Source: an uncultured Porticoccus sp. (lineage in GTDB: Bacteria > Pseudomonadota > Gammaproteobacteria > Pseudomonadales > Porticoccaceae). From it: a stretch of 64,000 nucleotides of DNA. The position numbers were made by a program, and so were the translations under genes. The stretch lies in the NCBI RefSeq assembly GCF_963973895.1, contig NZ_CAXBBF010000001.1; one strand, given 5' to 3'. The notes under the pieces are model-generated. The model saw nothing but the letters and a program-made list of their open reading frames with translations, was not told the DNA's origin and ran no database searches. Below, piece by piece: positions 28,305-38,262 of this stretch. Position 1 is the stretch's first letter. Every line of letters starts with the position of its first letter.

Positions 28305-29666
28305 TCACTTGATCCATATCTGCTTGGCATTAACAAATTCTTTAATCCCTTGCGGCCCCAGCTCACGGCCATAACCGGAACCTTTGATCCCGCCACTGGG
28401 CAGTCGTGGATCGGTTTTAACAATGCCATTAATGGCCACCTGACCGGAGTCGATTTGTAAAGCCAGTGATTTTGCCAGTGAGGCATTTTCTGTCCAGATC
28501 CCGGCACCCAGGCCATATTCAGTGTCATTGGCCATTTCAAGTGCCTGATCAACATCATCCGCTCTGATGATCACCATCACCGGTCCAAAGGTTTCCTCCC
28601 GAAAGGCGCACATGGGGGGTGTCACACAAGTCAGTAATGTCACCGGATAGAAGAACCCAGCACCTTCCGGTAAGTGGCCGCCCAACAGACATTTGGCACC
28701 GGCGGCGATCGTCTCTTCGACCTGGCGGTGCAAATTCAGTTGTAAATCCTCACGGGCAATTGGACCGATATCCGTGTCGGCCTGCAGGGGATCACCAAGT
28801 CGTAACTTGCCAAGTCGCTGTTCGACCAGTTCGATAAAACGATCATGGGCGTCTGCCTCAACGATCACCCGCTTGGCAGCGATGCAGGACTGGCCGGCAT
28901 TAATGATCCGCGACAGGCAGATAATATCCGCCGCTTGTTCGAGGTTGGCATCGTTTAATACCAGTACTGGATCCGAACCGCCGAGTTCCAATACACAGGG
29001 CTTAACTTCACTGCCGGCTATGGCCGCCACTTTTTTGCCTGCGCTGTTGGAGCCGGTAAACGACACTGCTGCTATGCGTGGATCGCGAATCGCCAGTTCC
29101 ACTTCCGGTGTTTCCAGTGGCAGGTTGACCATAATATTATCCGGCGCACCGGCCTTTAAAAATGCGTTGGCAATCGCCTGGGCAGATCGCGGCACATGCG
29201 GATCATGTTTCATCACGCAGGTATTGCCCACCATCAGTGCCGGCGCCAAATAGCGGAACGCCAGCCATAACGGCGCATTCCACGGCAAAATACCCAGCAA
29301 GGTACCGAGCGGCTGATAGGTCACATAACTAAGGCTGGCATCGGATGGTAGGGTCTCGTCGGCCAGATAGGCCTCGGCATGGTCAGCGTAATATTCGGCA
29401 CAGGTTGCTGCTTTTTCGACTTCCGGCACGCCTTCTTTGATGGGTTTGCCCATTTCCAGTGCCATTAATTCGGCAATGTCCTGTTTTTCGGCACGCAGCT
29501 GTTGGGCGACGGCTTTCAGCACGTTGGCGCGCTCGGCAAAGCTTGTGGTGCGCCACCCCGTAAAAGCGGCGCTTGCATCACCAATACGGGCGTACATTTC
29601 ATCTTTATCAAGCGAGGGGAAACCTTCGAGCTGTTGTCCGTTATAGGGATTAGTTGCTATTAGCAT
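28305..29666 (-). CDS. NAD(P)-dependent aldehyde dehydrogenase (succinate-semialdehyde DH-like; DoeC-like role possible)
   Basis: 453 aa with catalytic motifs ELGGSDP and AGQSCIAAKR. It is the last gene of the four-gene catabolic operon. Confidence 0.85.
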   Translation of the reverse strand: MLIATNPYNGQQLEGFPSLDKDEMYARIGDASAAFTGWRTTSFAERANVLKAVAQQLRAEKQDIAELMALEMGKPIKEGVPEVEKAATCAEYYADHAEAYLADETLPSDASLSYVTYQPLGTLLGILPWNAPLWLAFRYLAPALMVGNTCVMKHDPHVPRSAQAIANAFLKAGAPDNIMVNLPLETPEVELAIRDPRIAAVSFTGSNSAGKKVAAIAGSEVKPCVLELGGSDPVLVLNDANLEQAADIICLSRIINAGQSCIAAKRVIVEADAHDRFIELVEQRLGKLRLGDPLQADTDIGPIAREDLQLNLHRQVEETIAAGAKCLLGGHLPEGAGFFYPVTLLTCVTPPMCAFREETFGPVMVIIRADDVDQALEMANDTEYGLGAGIWTENASLAKSLALQIDSGQVAINGIVKTDPRLPSGGIKGSGYGRELGPQGIKEFVNAKQIWIK

Positions 29667-29673
29667 AATGTCC

Positions 29674-30930
29674 TCAGGAAGGGTGTTTGGCGGTGGCTTT
29701 TTTAACGTCTGTGGTCGCCTCGTTATGAAGCGAGCTATCCAGACTCAGCAATTTTTTACTATTGCTTGCCGGTTTGACGCTAAAATCCCGATCCATCGTA
29801 AAGAAAGACTCGCAGCCATCTTCAGTAATGTAGATGGTGTCAGAAATACCGCAGGTTTTATCGCCATCGACACCCCACATCCAGGGAATGATATGGAAGG
29901 TCATGCCGGGTTTGAGTACTGCGGATTCACCTTGCTTAAGGCTGACGATATAGCCCTCATCCCAACTGGGTGGAAAAGCGATACCAATCGAATAACCTGA
30001 GCGGGTCACCAGCCGGGCACCAACATCATTTTTGGTAATGATATTGCGGATCATATTATCGGCATCCGACACCGTCATACCCGGCTGAAATTTATTGTGT
30101 ACGACGGCCAGTGCCATTTTCATGATTTCCTGGGCCTTGTACATTGACGGGCTGAGTCTGCCGAGCACAACGGTGCGCATCATCGCTGTGTGATAACGCC
30201 GGTAACAGCCAGCGACTTCGAGAAACACATGCTCGCCGGGTTGCACCACGCGGCCCTCCCAGGTGGCATGACCAATCATGGTGCGTGGTCCGGATGTGAC
30301 GTAAGGCATCACAGCCGGCGGTTCTCCGCCAGCCTTAAACATAGCAGAACTTATCGCCGCGCCAATTTCATTTTCAGTGACGCCCGCTTCTGTCGCATCG
30401 ATACCCGCCTGCATGCCCGCTTCGGTAGCTCTTGTGGCATTTTGCATTATGGCAATCTCTTCCGGTGACTTACAGACCCGGCCCTCTTCAACAATGCCAA
30501 AACAATCCAGCAATTTGCCATCGGTCAGTGTGTTGTGAATGCAATCCTGATGATACGCCGGGAAGAAATAGCTGTTGCGCTCATAGCCAATACGTTTTTT
30601 ATCAAGACGAAACTCACGCAGGGCATCGACCAGCATTTGAATCGCATCACCGGTGTCCGGATACGGCCGGGTGATTTCCACCCAGGTGCGGGCCGTGATA
30701 TTTGACTCCTCCAGCTTCCGGGTGATCATAAACGGCTCATCTTCGAGCGGTACGACCAGGGCCTGAAAGAAGGAATAACCGGTAGTCTGATAATCTGTCA
30801 GATACATAATGTTTTCCGGATCGGAAATTACCACCGCATCCATGCGGCGCTCGGCTATCCGCTCACGCAATTCGCGCAATCGTCGCTCATATTCCTCAAA
30901 GGGAAAGGTCATATCATCGCGTTTTCTCAT
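29674..30930 (-). CDS. M24-family hydrolase (creatinase/prolidase fold; ectoine hydrolase DoeA-like)
   Basis: 418 aa with a creatinase-type N-domain plus a pita-bread C-domain. It shares an ATGA overlap with the upstream transaminase gene. Confidence 0.7.
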   Translation of the reverse strand: MRKRDDMTFPFEEYERRLRELRERIAERRMDAVVISDPENIMYLTDYQTTGYSFFQALVVPLEDEPFMITRKLEESNITARTWVEITRPYPDTGDAIQMLVDALREFRLDKKRIGYERNSYFFPAYHQDCIHNTLTDGKLLDCFGIVEEGRVCKSPEEIAIMQNATRATEAGMQAGIDATEAGVTENEIGAAISSAMFKAGGEPPAVMPYVTSGPRTMIGHATWEGRVVQPGEHVFLEVAGCYRRYHTAMMRTVVLGRLSPSMYKAQEIMKMALAVVHNKFQPGMTVSDADNMIRNIITKNDVGARLVTRSGYSIGIAFPPSWDEGYIVSLKQGESAVLKPGMTFHIIPWMWGVDGDKTCGISDTIYITEDGCESFFTMDRDFSVKPASNSKKLLSLDSSLHNEATTDVKKATAKHPS

Positions 30931-32204
30931 GCTGCCTCCTGCATCATGACGCTATCAGTGGCTTTAATAAGGATTTGCAGACCTTCTTCCAAATCGGCTT
31001 TTGGCGTGGTCAACGGCGGGATCAACTTCACTACCCGGCCACCAGTGCCGCAACTGGCAATTATCAGACCGGATTCAAAACATTGACTGACAATTTGCTT
31101 GGCGCGATCTCCATTACCGACATCTAGGCCCAGAATCATGCCTTTGCCCGTCAGATTCACCGGCGGATGCCGATCCACCAATGGCTGCAGGCTATCTGCC
31201 ATCATGGCGCCATGGGCTTTAACGGTTTGCATCAGTGCATCGTCGTCAAAATACGTCAGTGCCTGATCGCCGGCGATAAAGGAAATATCCTGGCCACGAA
31301 AGGTGCCGGTATGTTCGCCCGGCAACCAATGTTGGTCGTGTTCGGGTTTGACCAGATTCATGGCCATTGGCGTGCCCAGGCCGCCGATACCTTTGGCAAG
31401 GCAAATAATATCGGGGTCCAGATCCAGATCATCGAAACTAAAAAACGAACCGGTGCGACCGACGCCGACCTGAATATCATCGATAATCAGCAGGGCGCCG
31501 ATTTCTTTGGCAAGTTTGGCCAAGGCCTGTAACCAGTCTTTATCGGCGACCTTGACGCCACCTTCGGCCTGAATGGTTTCCAGCAGAAAAGCCGCTGGTG
31601 GTGCAATACCACTGGAGCTGTCAGCATAAATGGCGCGCAGTTGTTCGATGCTCTGCATGCCACAACCCAGTTCACAGCCGGGACAGACGGTTTCGCAACC
31701 AAACGGGAAATGTTGAACATGGCTCAGTGGCACACCGGCCGCATTACGGAAATGCTGGTTAGCGGTGGCACTCAGCGCCCCCAGGGTCATGCCGTGAAAA
31801 CCATGACTGAAAGCAACAATATCCTGCCGGCCGGTCACCCGACGGGCCATTTTCATGGCGGCTTCAACGGCATTGGTGCCGGTCGGACCCATGAACTGCA
31901 TTTTGTGCGGCATATTGCGTGGCTCAAGAATGGTTTTGGTGAAATGTTCCATATATTGCCGCTTGGCAGTGGTATGCATATCGAGACTGTGGGTGACTCC
32001 ATTCGATTGAATATAGGCAATCACCGCTTCGGTCATTCGCGGATTGTTGTGGCCAAAATTCAGCACCCCGGCACCGGCGAAAAAGTCGATATATTCCCGG
32101 CCACTTTCATCAGTTTGCCGGGCATTCAACGCCTTATCAAAGACTACCGGATACACCCGGCAATAAGCCCGAATTGCCGATTCTCTTTGTTCAAATATGT
32201 TCAT
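30927..32204 (-). CDS. Diaminobutyrate--2-oxoglutarate transaminase (EctB/DoeD-like class III aminotransferase)
   Basis: 425 aa. The N-terminus MNIFEQRESAIRAYCRVYPVVF...IDFFAGAGVLNFGHNNP closely follows the EctB/DoeD pattern as I remember it. Confidence 0.8.
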   Translation of the reverse strand: MNIFEQRESAIRAYCRVYPVVFDKALNARQTDESGREYIDFFAGAGVLNFGHNNPRMTEAVIAYIQSNGVTHSLDMHTTAKRQYMEHFTKTILEPRNMPHKMQFMGPTGTNAVEAAMKMARRVTGRQDIVAFSHGFHGMTLGALSATANQHFRNAAGVPLSHVQHFPFGCETVCPGCELGCGMQSIEQLRAIYADSSSGIAPPAAFLLETIQAEGGVKVADKDWLQALAKLAKEIGALLIIDDIQVGVGRTGSFFSFDDLDLDPDIICLAKGIGGLGTPMAMNLVKPEHDQHWLPGEHTGTFRGQDISFIAGDQALTYFDDDALMQTVKAHGAMMADSLQPLVDRHPPVNLTGKGMILGLDVGNGDRAKQIVSQCFESGLIIASCGTGGRVVKLIPPLTTPKADLEEGLQILIKATDSVMMQEAA

Positions 32205-32222
32205 CTAACTCTCCTTACGTAT

Positions 32223-33407
32223 TTACGCCTTGCCGACGTTGGGCAGATTCTCCGGAACAGGTGCGCCACAAAGACGCGCAAACAGGGCCGTGACCAAAGG
32301 GATCAACCGGTCGTTAAAATCATAATATGGGCTGTGGCACGGTGCCTGATGCTCAGGACCATCATCGCTGCCAATCAGCGCAAAAGCGCCGGGGATTTCC
32401 TGCAGGTAATAACTGAAATCTTCGGAAGCCATAATTGGCAAGCGAATATCGCTATGCACGGCATCAAATCCGAATAAAGTCTGCCACTGTTCGCGTACCT
32501 GCAAAGCCGGCAGGGCATGGTTGGTGGTCGCTTCGTAGCGCGGATAAATATTGACCTCGCAATGCACGCCATAGCTGATTGCGGTCTGTTGACTGATTTC
32601 AGTGATAAGACGGTTAAGCGTTTCGCGCGTGGCTTTATCGGGAACGCGGATGCTGCCACCAATTTTGGCCTGTTGAGGTATAACGGTCGGCGCGCTGGGC
32701 GCTTCAATGGATGTAACACTTAATACTGCGGCCTGTTGCGGTGGTAGCCGCCGGCTGATGATCTGCTGCAGGTTTAAGGTGATGGCACTGGCGGCCAGCA
32801 CAGGATCCCGGCATAACTCAGGCTGACTGGCATGACCGCCCAAGCCATTAATAATCAGTTCAAATGTGCCATTGCCAGCCATAACAATGTCATCCGGGCA
32901 GACCAATTTACCAAATGGGATCGCCGGCCAGTTATGCCAACCATAGATCGCGTCAATACCGTCTAATGCGCCATCGTGGATCATTTCCCTGGCACCATGA
33001 CCGCCTTCCTCGGCAGGCTGAAAAATCAAGGTCACCGGACCTGGCAATAAGGATTCGTGCATTTTCAGCCAGTGCGCGGTGGCGATAAGCGTTGCAGTGT
33101 GACCGTCATGTCCACAGGCGTGCATGCAGCCTGGTCGTTGCGAAGTCCAGTTTTTTTGGCTGTTTTCAGTGAGGGGCAACGCATCAATATCACCGCGCAG
33201 CGCAAGATGTGGGCCTTTGCCTGTCGGGTTCAGCCAAGCCAGGGTGCCGGTGCCGGCACAAGCGCGCCAGGCAATATTCAACCTGCTGAGCGTCTCGCGA
33301 ATGCGATCAGCGGTACGGTATTCCTGCCAGCCCAACTCAGGATGCGCGTGTAAATCCCGTCGCATTACTTCTGCATTGGTGATGGTTTCCTGCCAGCCAT
33401 CTGACAT
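32223..33407 (-). CDS. M20D-family amidohydrolase (N-acyl-amino-acid/hippurate hydrolase-like)
   Basis: 394 aa with the metal-binding motif HACGHDGH. It is the first gene of the operon. Confidence 0.8.
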   Translation of the reverse strand: MSDGWQETITNAEVMRRDLHAHPELGWQEYRTADRIRETLSRLNIAWRACAGTGTLAWLNPTGKGPHLALRGDIDALPLTENSQKNWTSQRPGCMHACGHDGHTATLIATAHWLKMHESLLPGPVTLIFQPAEEGGHGAREMIHDGALDGIDAIYGWHNWPAIPFGKLVCPDDIVMAGNGTFELIINGLGGHASQPELCRDPVLAASAITLNLQQIISRRLPPQQAAVLSVTSIEAPSAPTVIPQQAKIGGSIRVPDKATRETLNRLITEISQQTAISYGVHCEVNIYPRYEATTNHALPALQVREQWQTLFGFDAVHSDIRLPIMASEDFSYYLQEIPGAFALIGSDDGPEHQAPCHSPYYDFNDRLIPLVTALFARLCGAPVPENLPNVGKA

Positions 33408-33432
33408 GACACCCCCCCTATGGTGACCCGCA

Positions 33433-33450
33433 AATCACGATTGCGTGATT
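33433..33450. promoter_or_regulatory. Inverted repeat AATCACG-ATTG-CGTGATT in the promoter region of the catabolic operon
   Basis: Perfect 7-bp arms, 26 bp upstream of the M20D start codon. Possible operator; no regulator gene lies nearby. Confidence 0.3.
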
Positions 33451-33629
33451 ATGCGACTTCACACTGTAAAAAAATTCAGCGTATTGCAAGAAAAATCATC
33501 AGCTTTTCAGTCATGTTGATTGATTGATCTGCAAAAACTGCTTCTGCACCAACGGTTGTCTGCGATAGTTAATTGAATTTAACGAAGATAATTTAGGCTT
33601 TGGCTTTCGCGTGGGCAGCTGAGTAGCTC

Positions 33630-35129
33630 TCAGAACGTTGACAGTCCGCTTGCTTCCATCAGGCGATAACGCCAGTAGTGCAGGGCGGATTCATCGGCAT
33701 ACGCCCCGTAGGGCAGACTGTGAAATTGCTCTCTACCGTTGTTCCACTGCTGATCGAAAAAGGCCAGCGCGCGCTGCGCGGCGGGATGTTCGGAGTCGGC
33801 CTGCAGGGCGATCTGGGTTTCGAGGTTGTAGTTGTCTAGGTTGCGCCGGGTGAAATTGGCCGAACCCAGCATTAGCCAGACCGACTGGTCGTCACCACCC
33901 TGGCGCAGCATGTGCTTGAAGTGGCATTGCTCGCCGCGCGTGTTGCACCAACGCAGTGGAACGCCGGCCGCATGCAGCTCGCTGGCTACCTGGCGATTGG
34001 GTATCCCGTTCTTCTTGCGCCCGAAGGCGTCCTCGTTGGGATCGAGCAGAATGCGCAACCCTACGCCGCGCTGGTGAGCCCGGATCAGGGCCTCGATCAA
34101 TGCGCGATGAGACAGGTAGAACATTGCCACGTCCAACCGGTCACCGCTTGCGGCCCGCTCGATCCGTTTTAGCGCCACATCGCGAGTGGCCGCTTCTGTC
34201 AGAACTTGTATCGTCGCTCCAGCGGCGGTGCGCTCACGGGGCGGTGGTGCCCATTGATTAGGCCAGTCTGGAACCTGACCGGACAGCGTGGCCGTGGCGC
34301 GCATGCTCGCGAGCAGATCGGCTGCAGCCAACCCCGAGAATGTCAGTGCCACGTTGCTGTGTCGGCTGCTGGCATCATGGGCGTTACCCGAGGACACCCA
34401 ACCTCGAAGCTGTCCGCCTTGGTCGACAACCAGCGCCTTGCGGTGATTGGCCTTGAAATTGAGCATGGTCAGCCAGGTCCTCAGGCTAACCGGGTCCCCT
34501 CCGACCGGGTTGGGCAGCCAGCCGTCGGCTGAGTTGCCGAACCATTGGCAGCACATTCTCCAGGCCGCTGACCACAGCGGATTGGAGTCGCGCAGCACCG
34601 TCAGATCGGTTTCGATAACATCGATTCCTGCATCCTTCAGGGCATCAAGGCGGTCGGATTCGACGCCGCCGTAGAGCCGGTTGAAGGGGTCGACAATCAG
34701 TGCGATCTGCATGTCGGGGCGGGCCTGCCGGCGCGCTATCAATCGATCGAATACCTGGCTTGAGAGTGCGCGATGTCCGTCGCCGGCTTGGCCGGCGAAC
34801 TCGTTGATCAAAAACATCTCGAGCACAATCAACTGCTCGGCGCCATCGATCAGGGCAAACAACGTCTCGAAGATCTCGCTGCGCTGGTGCTGCTGACCAT
34901 CGGCGTCGAGCCAGGTGCTGTCGATGAGAAAATTGACATCACTTGCCGCACGCAGCGGATAGCCCGTGTCCAGGCCGTCCGGCAGCGGCTTGTGGACATG
35001 CCAGACGAACGTGCCTGAGTAAACGATCAGCAAAATGCCGACCAGCCAGGCCACCGGGTGGAAGCGAAGCGATTGCAAGAAAGCCATCATTTTCGATGGT
35101 GGTGCCTTGTTCAGCTTGTCTTTTGGCAT
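33630..35129 (-). CDS. Phospholipase D-family protein with N-terminal membrane anchor
   Basis: 499 aa with two HKD-type motifs (HRKALVVD...SSGNAHDAS; HFKHMLRQ...GSANFTRRN) and a TM helix (VAWLVGILLIVYSGTFVW). Confidence 0.8.
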   Translation of the reverse strand: MPKDKLNKAPPSKMMAFLQSLRFHPVAWLVGILLIVYSGTFVWHVHKPLPDGLDTGYPLRAASDVNFLIDSTWLDADGQQHQRSEIFETLFALIDGAEQLIVLEMFLINEFAGQAGDGHRALSSQVFDRLIARRQARPDMQIALIVDPFNRLYGGVESDRLDALKDAGIDVIETDLTVLRDSNPLWSAAWRMCCQWFGNSADGWLPNPVGGDPVSLRTWLTMLNFKANHRKALVVDQGGQLRGWVSSGNAHDASSRHSNVALTFSGLAAADLLASMRATATLSGQVPDWPNQWAPPPRERTAAGATIQVLTEAATRDVALKRIERAASGDRLDVAMFYLSHRALIEALIRAHQRGVGLRILLDPNEDAFGRKKNGIPNRQVASELHAAGVPLRWCNTRGEQCHFKHMLRQGGDDQSVWLMLGSANFTRRNLDNYNLETQIALQADSEHPAAQRALAFFDQQWNNGREQFHSLPYGAYADESALHYWRYRLMEASGLSTF

Positions 35130-35375
35130 TCGTGACTCAGGTATGGCAGCGGTCGGAATAGGGCCCCAGATGGTTGGGGTGGCGGTTTGATATTACGTTA
35201 GCCTTGAAGGCTCGGGCAATGACGAACGACACCCGGCATCCGGATCGTTGATACCGATGGCAAACTGGATAGCATCCGGTCTACGGGACTGTCCCAGCGC
35301 TTCTTCAATATCACAACGATGGTGTGTTCGGGTTTCAGCAAAATCCCTTGCCTATCAGTTTCCATTGTTGCGGAC

Positions 35376-36623
35376 TCAGAGTATCCATAGGGTTAGCAAG
35401 GCCAGTACAACGGCGAGCAATAATCCGGGCCAGAGGGGGCGGAAAAGTGAGGCATGTCCTGCAAACAGGGCCAAGCCACCTTTGACCAGGGTGTTGGTGA
35501 TTGCCGCCAGCGTGATGCCGGTTACGGCGGTATCCGTGCCGATGCTGTCCTGTGCCATGCGGGCCAGAGTCAGGGTGATCGCATCCACATCCGTCAGGCC
35601 AGCCACGATCGATACCAGCCAAAGACCCTGTTCTCCCATGTGTTCTTGAATACCGTGCGCGATCAGCAGAATCACGGCCAGCAGGGTACCGAACTTTAGC
35701 GCAGGAATCAGCTGGAAAGGTTGTGTCGCCAATTTCTCGGTATTTATTCTTGTACTGGACTCACGCTTGCGCCATAAAAAGAAAGCGCCGAGCACGCAAC
35801 CCAGTGTCATGGCCAGCATGGGGGGGAGCAGAGTCGGCAAAAGTGCGGGGTTGATTACGGCGACTTCCAGCAAAATTCGCGGGTACATGATTGCCGAGGC
35901 CAGCAGAATGCCACAGGCCAGCAGGCGTGGCATGGGGACACGGGCATTCATGCGCGCCAGACTCAGGGTCAGCGCAGTACTGGATGCCAGGCCACCGAGT
36001 ACGCTGGTGATCATCACTCCCTTGTTAGGACCGGTCAGACGCATGGCGAAGTAACCCGCCAGGCTGATGCCGGCGATCAGCACAACCATCAACCAGATCT
36101 CGTAGGGGTTAAGCGCATTCCAGGGGCCGTAGCTCTGGTTGGGCAATACCGGCAACAACACAGCTGAAATCAGTGCCAGCTGCAGGATACCGCGCATTTC
36201 ACTGTCGCTCAGGTGTCCCATCGCCTGATGCAGAGTCTGTTTGAAGTGCAACACGATGGTAGTGATTACGGCCACGGCGACCGCAAGGCTAAGGTCGCCA
36301 AGTATGGTAAGCAGTCCTGTGAGATAGGTCACGATGCCAGCGACGACGGTAGTTATGCCGTAGTCGTGGTCATTATTGGAATCGAGCCAGTGGGCCAGCC
36401 CGAGTAGTAGAGTGACAGCAAAACCCATGGCGATGGCGATACCGGGACCTAGCGGTGTCGTCAGCACGCCTGCCAGTGCGCCACTCAGTGCCAGCAGACC
36501 GAAGGTCCGGATTCCGGCAATGCGACCGCCTGCCGGAGTGTCGCGCTCGTGCCAGCCACGCTGAAGCCCGATTAGCATTCCCAGCGCCAACGCTACCAGT
36601 AACAGCAAGAGTTGCGTGTTCAT
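35376..36623 (-). CDS. MgtC/SapB-family plus DUF4010 polytopic membrane protein
   Basis: 415 aa, highly hydrophobic, with an MgtC-like N-terminal third (LLLLVALALGMLIGLQRGW) and a long multi-TM extension. Confidence 0.65.
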   Translation of the reverse strand: MNTQLLLLLVALALGMLIGLQRGWHERDTPAGGRIAGIRTFGLLALSGALAGVLTTPLGPGIAIAMGFAVTLLLGLAHWLDSNNDHDYGITTVVAGIVTYLTGLLTILGDLSLAVAVAVITTIVLHFKQTLHQAMGHLSDSEMRGILQLALISAVLLPVLPNQSYGPWNALNPYEIWLMVVLIAGISLAGYFAMRLTGPNKGVMITSVLGGLASSTALTLSLARMNARVPMPRLLACGILLASAIMYPRILLEVAVINPALLPTLLPPMLAMTLGCVLGAFFLWRKRESSTRINTEKLATQPFQLIPALKFGTLLAVILLIAHGIQEHMGEQGLWLVSIVAGLTDVDAITLTLARMAQDSIGTDTAVTGITLAAITNTLVKGGLALFAGHASLFRPLWPGLLLAVVLALLTLWIL

Positions 36624-37329
36624 TAAGTTTCCTGCAGGGCTGCAGCAGCCCGGTTGACTGATTTACAGGGTAACAGATCTTTGTCAGAACGGGAGTCTGA
36701 CAGTCGGGCGCAAGCAGGCCCGAAAAAGGTACATCAGGGAAAGCGCTTGATACCACCGGGCCTGCATCAATACTGCAAAAGACAGTCGTGATTCACCGTA
36801 ACGCGGATGACTTGGCGAGCCAGCCCTTAGGCACTGCTGGCGACCGGGTAGGCTGTGGGGTCATTCGAAGTAACAGGTCAGCTCAGGCAGAGTGAGGGTA
36901 TGACCTTGATCACATCAGGCCTATTCAATGAGGAGTATCCCTGCAAAGTCACCGTCGAGTTTGAGCATTGGGAGTTCGTCGCATGGCATGGACGAAGCCC
37001 GGAAACAGCTTGTTAGTATCAGTCTTTGTTTGCTAATTGATAATCGAGTGGGCGGGGCATTTTAATAAGTAATTGCTTATTAATCAGTCAATGCGTTTGC
37101 CAAGCATTTAAACCACATGATCAACGAGTCGCCTTTTTGCCGTTAGTAAATCTTGCTGGAAGCCTTGGCTTTATTAGATAAGCAAATTGCCGACGGGCTA
37201 TTAACGCGACATGTGCCATGGGAGGTTGATTGTGGATACCATTGAAACAGCATGCGCAGTCGCCACACCCTACCTGGCGTGACGGACTGTGTATACTGAG
37301 AGGTTGAATTGAAATATTGCTGTGTTGCC

Positions 37330-38262
37330 TTATTTCTGACGACGTCGACTAGCTCCAAGTCCTGCGAGACCCAGCCCCAGCAGCATCAGTGTACCCGGTA
37401 CGGGTACGGTTCCTTCTTCATCACTACCGCCTACCTGAACGAATGGAAGGAAATCAACCACATCCGGCTCGCCTATCATGCTTGTAACATCAAGGCCGCC
37501 GCTCAAACCCTTGCTGTCAGCCAGAGTATCCATGCAAACGCCAGAGAGATTGTTCTGATCCAGGGTCACGGCACCCGTGTCCGCCAGGGCTCTACCGCAA
37601 AGATCTGATGCGGAGGTGTTGAAGGTAATACTAGAGAGCGCGAGAATATTCCCCAGGAATGCGGTGTTAACATCAATGGTCGCGGAGCTGCCAACATTCC
37701 AGTAAACACCTGCACCAGAACCGGTGTTGATCACATTCACGACCGAGTTGGGTGAGGTGATCAGCGTACTGGGCATTTGAAACACCCAGGCGGCGTTGGC
37801 GTTGCCCCCGCCGTCAAGCGTCAGTGCTCCCGATAAATTGGTTGTTCCCGCGGCAACGGTATAAACGCCCGGGGCGAGCGTGAGGCCACTCAGATCGGCC
37901 GCCAACGTAGTTCCCATTCCCAGAGATGCAAGATTGTTCCTCGCGGTTGTGAGTTGTCCTTGAGCCGACTGTGCGAGTGCGCCACCGGCGTATACGCTTC
38001 CTCCTGTAACCTGCAGGTCCGAGACCCCAACACCAGGTGAAGAGTTAAACCCGGTGATTGCATTCGCGCCACCGCTTGACCAGACACCGACATTGCCGAC
38101 GATGGTGCTAGTTGGCACATTAGTGACGGTCGAGGCACCAAGAATCGTAAAGCTAGCCAAGTCCGAACCCAGTATCGGGGTTGCCAATGCGGGGGTAGAA
38201 ACGTAAAGCGATCCGATCACTGCCAATGGTAGTAACGATAAATATTTTAGTGTTTTCATCAT
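37330..38262 (-). CDS. PEP-CTERM-anchored ice-binding-like (DUF3494) surface protein
   Basis: 310 aa with a signal peptide and an N-terminal ATPILGSDLASFTILGASTVTN typical of DUF3494. The body is T/S/G/N/A-rich. The C-terminus VPVPGTLMLLGLGLAGLGASRRRQK is a PEP-CTERM sorting signal. Confidence 0.75.
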   Translation of the reverse strand: MMKTLKYLSLLPLAVIGSLYVSTPALATPILGSDLASFTILGASTVTNVPTSTIVGNVGVWSSGGANAITGFNSSPGVGVSDLQVTGGSVYAGGALAQSAQGQLTTARNNLASLGMGTTLAADLSGLTLAPGVYTVAAGTTNLSGALTLDGGGNANAAWVFQMPSTLITSPNSVVNVINTGSGAGVYWNVGSSATIDVNTAFLGNILALSSITFNTSASDLCGRALADTGAVTLDQNNLSGVCMDTLADSKGLSGGLDVTSMIGEPDVVDFLPFVQVGGSDEEGTVPVPGTLMLLGLGLAGLGASRRRQK

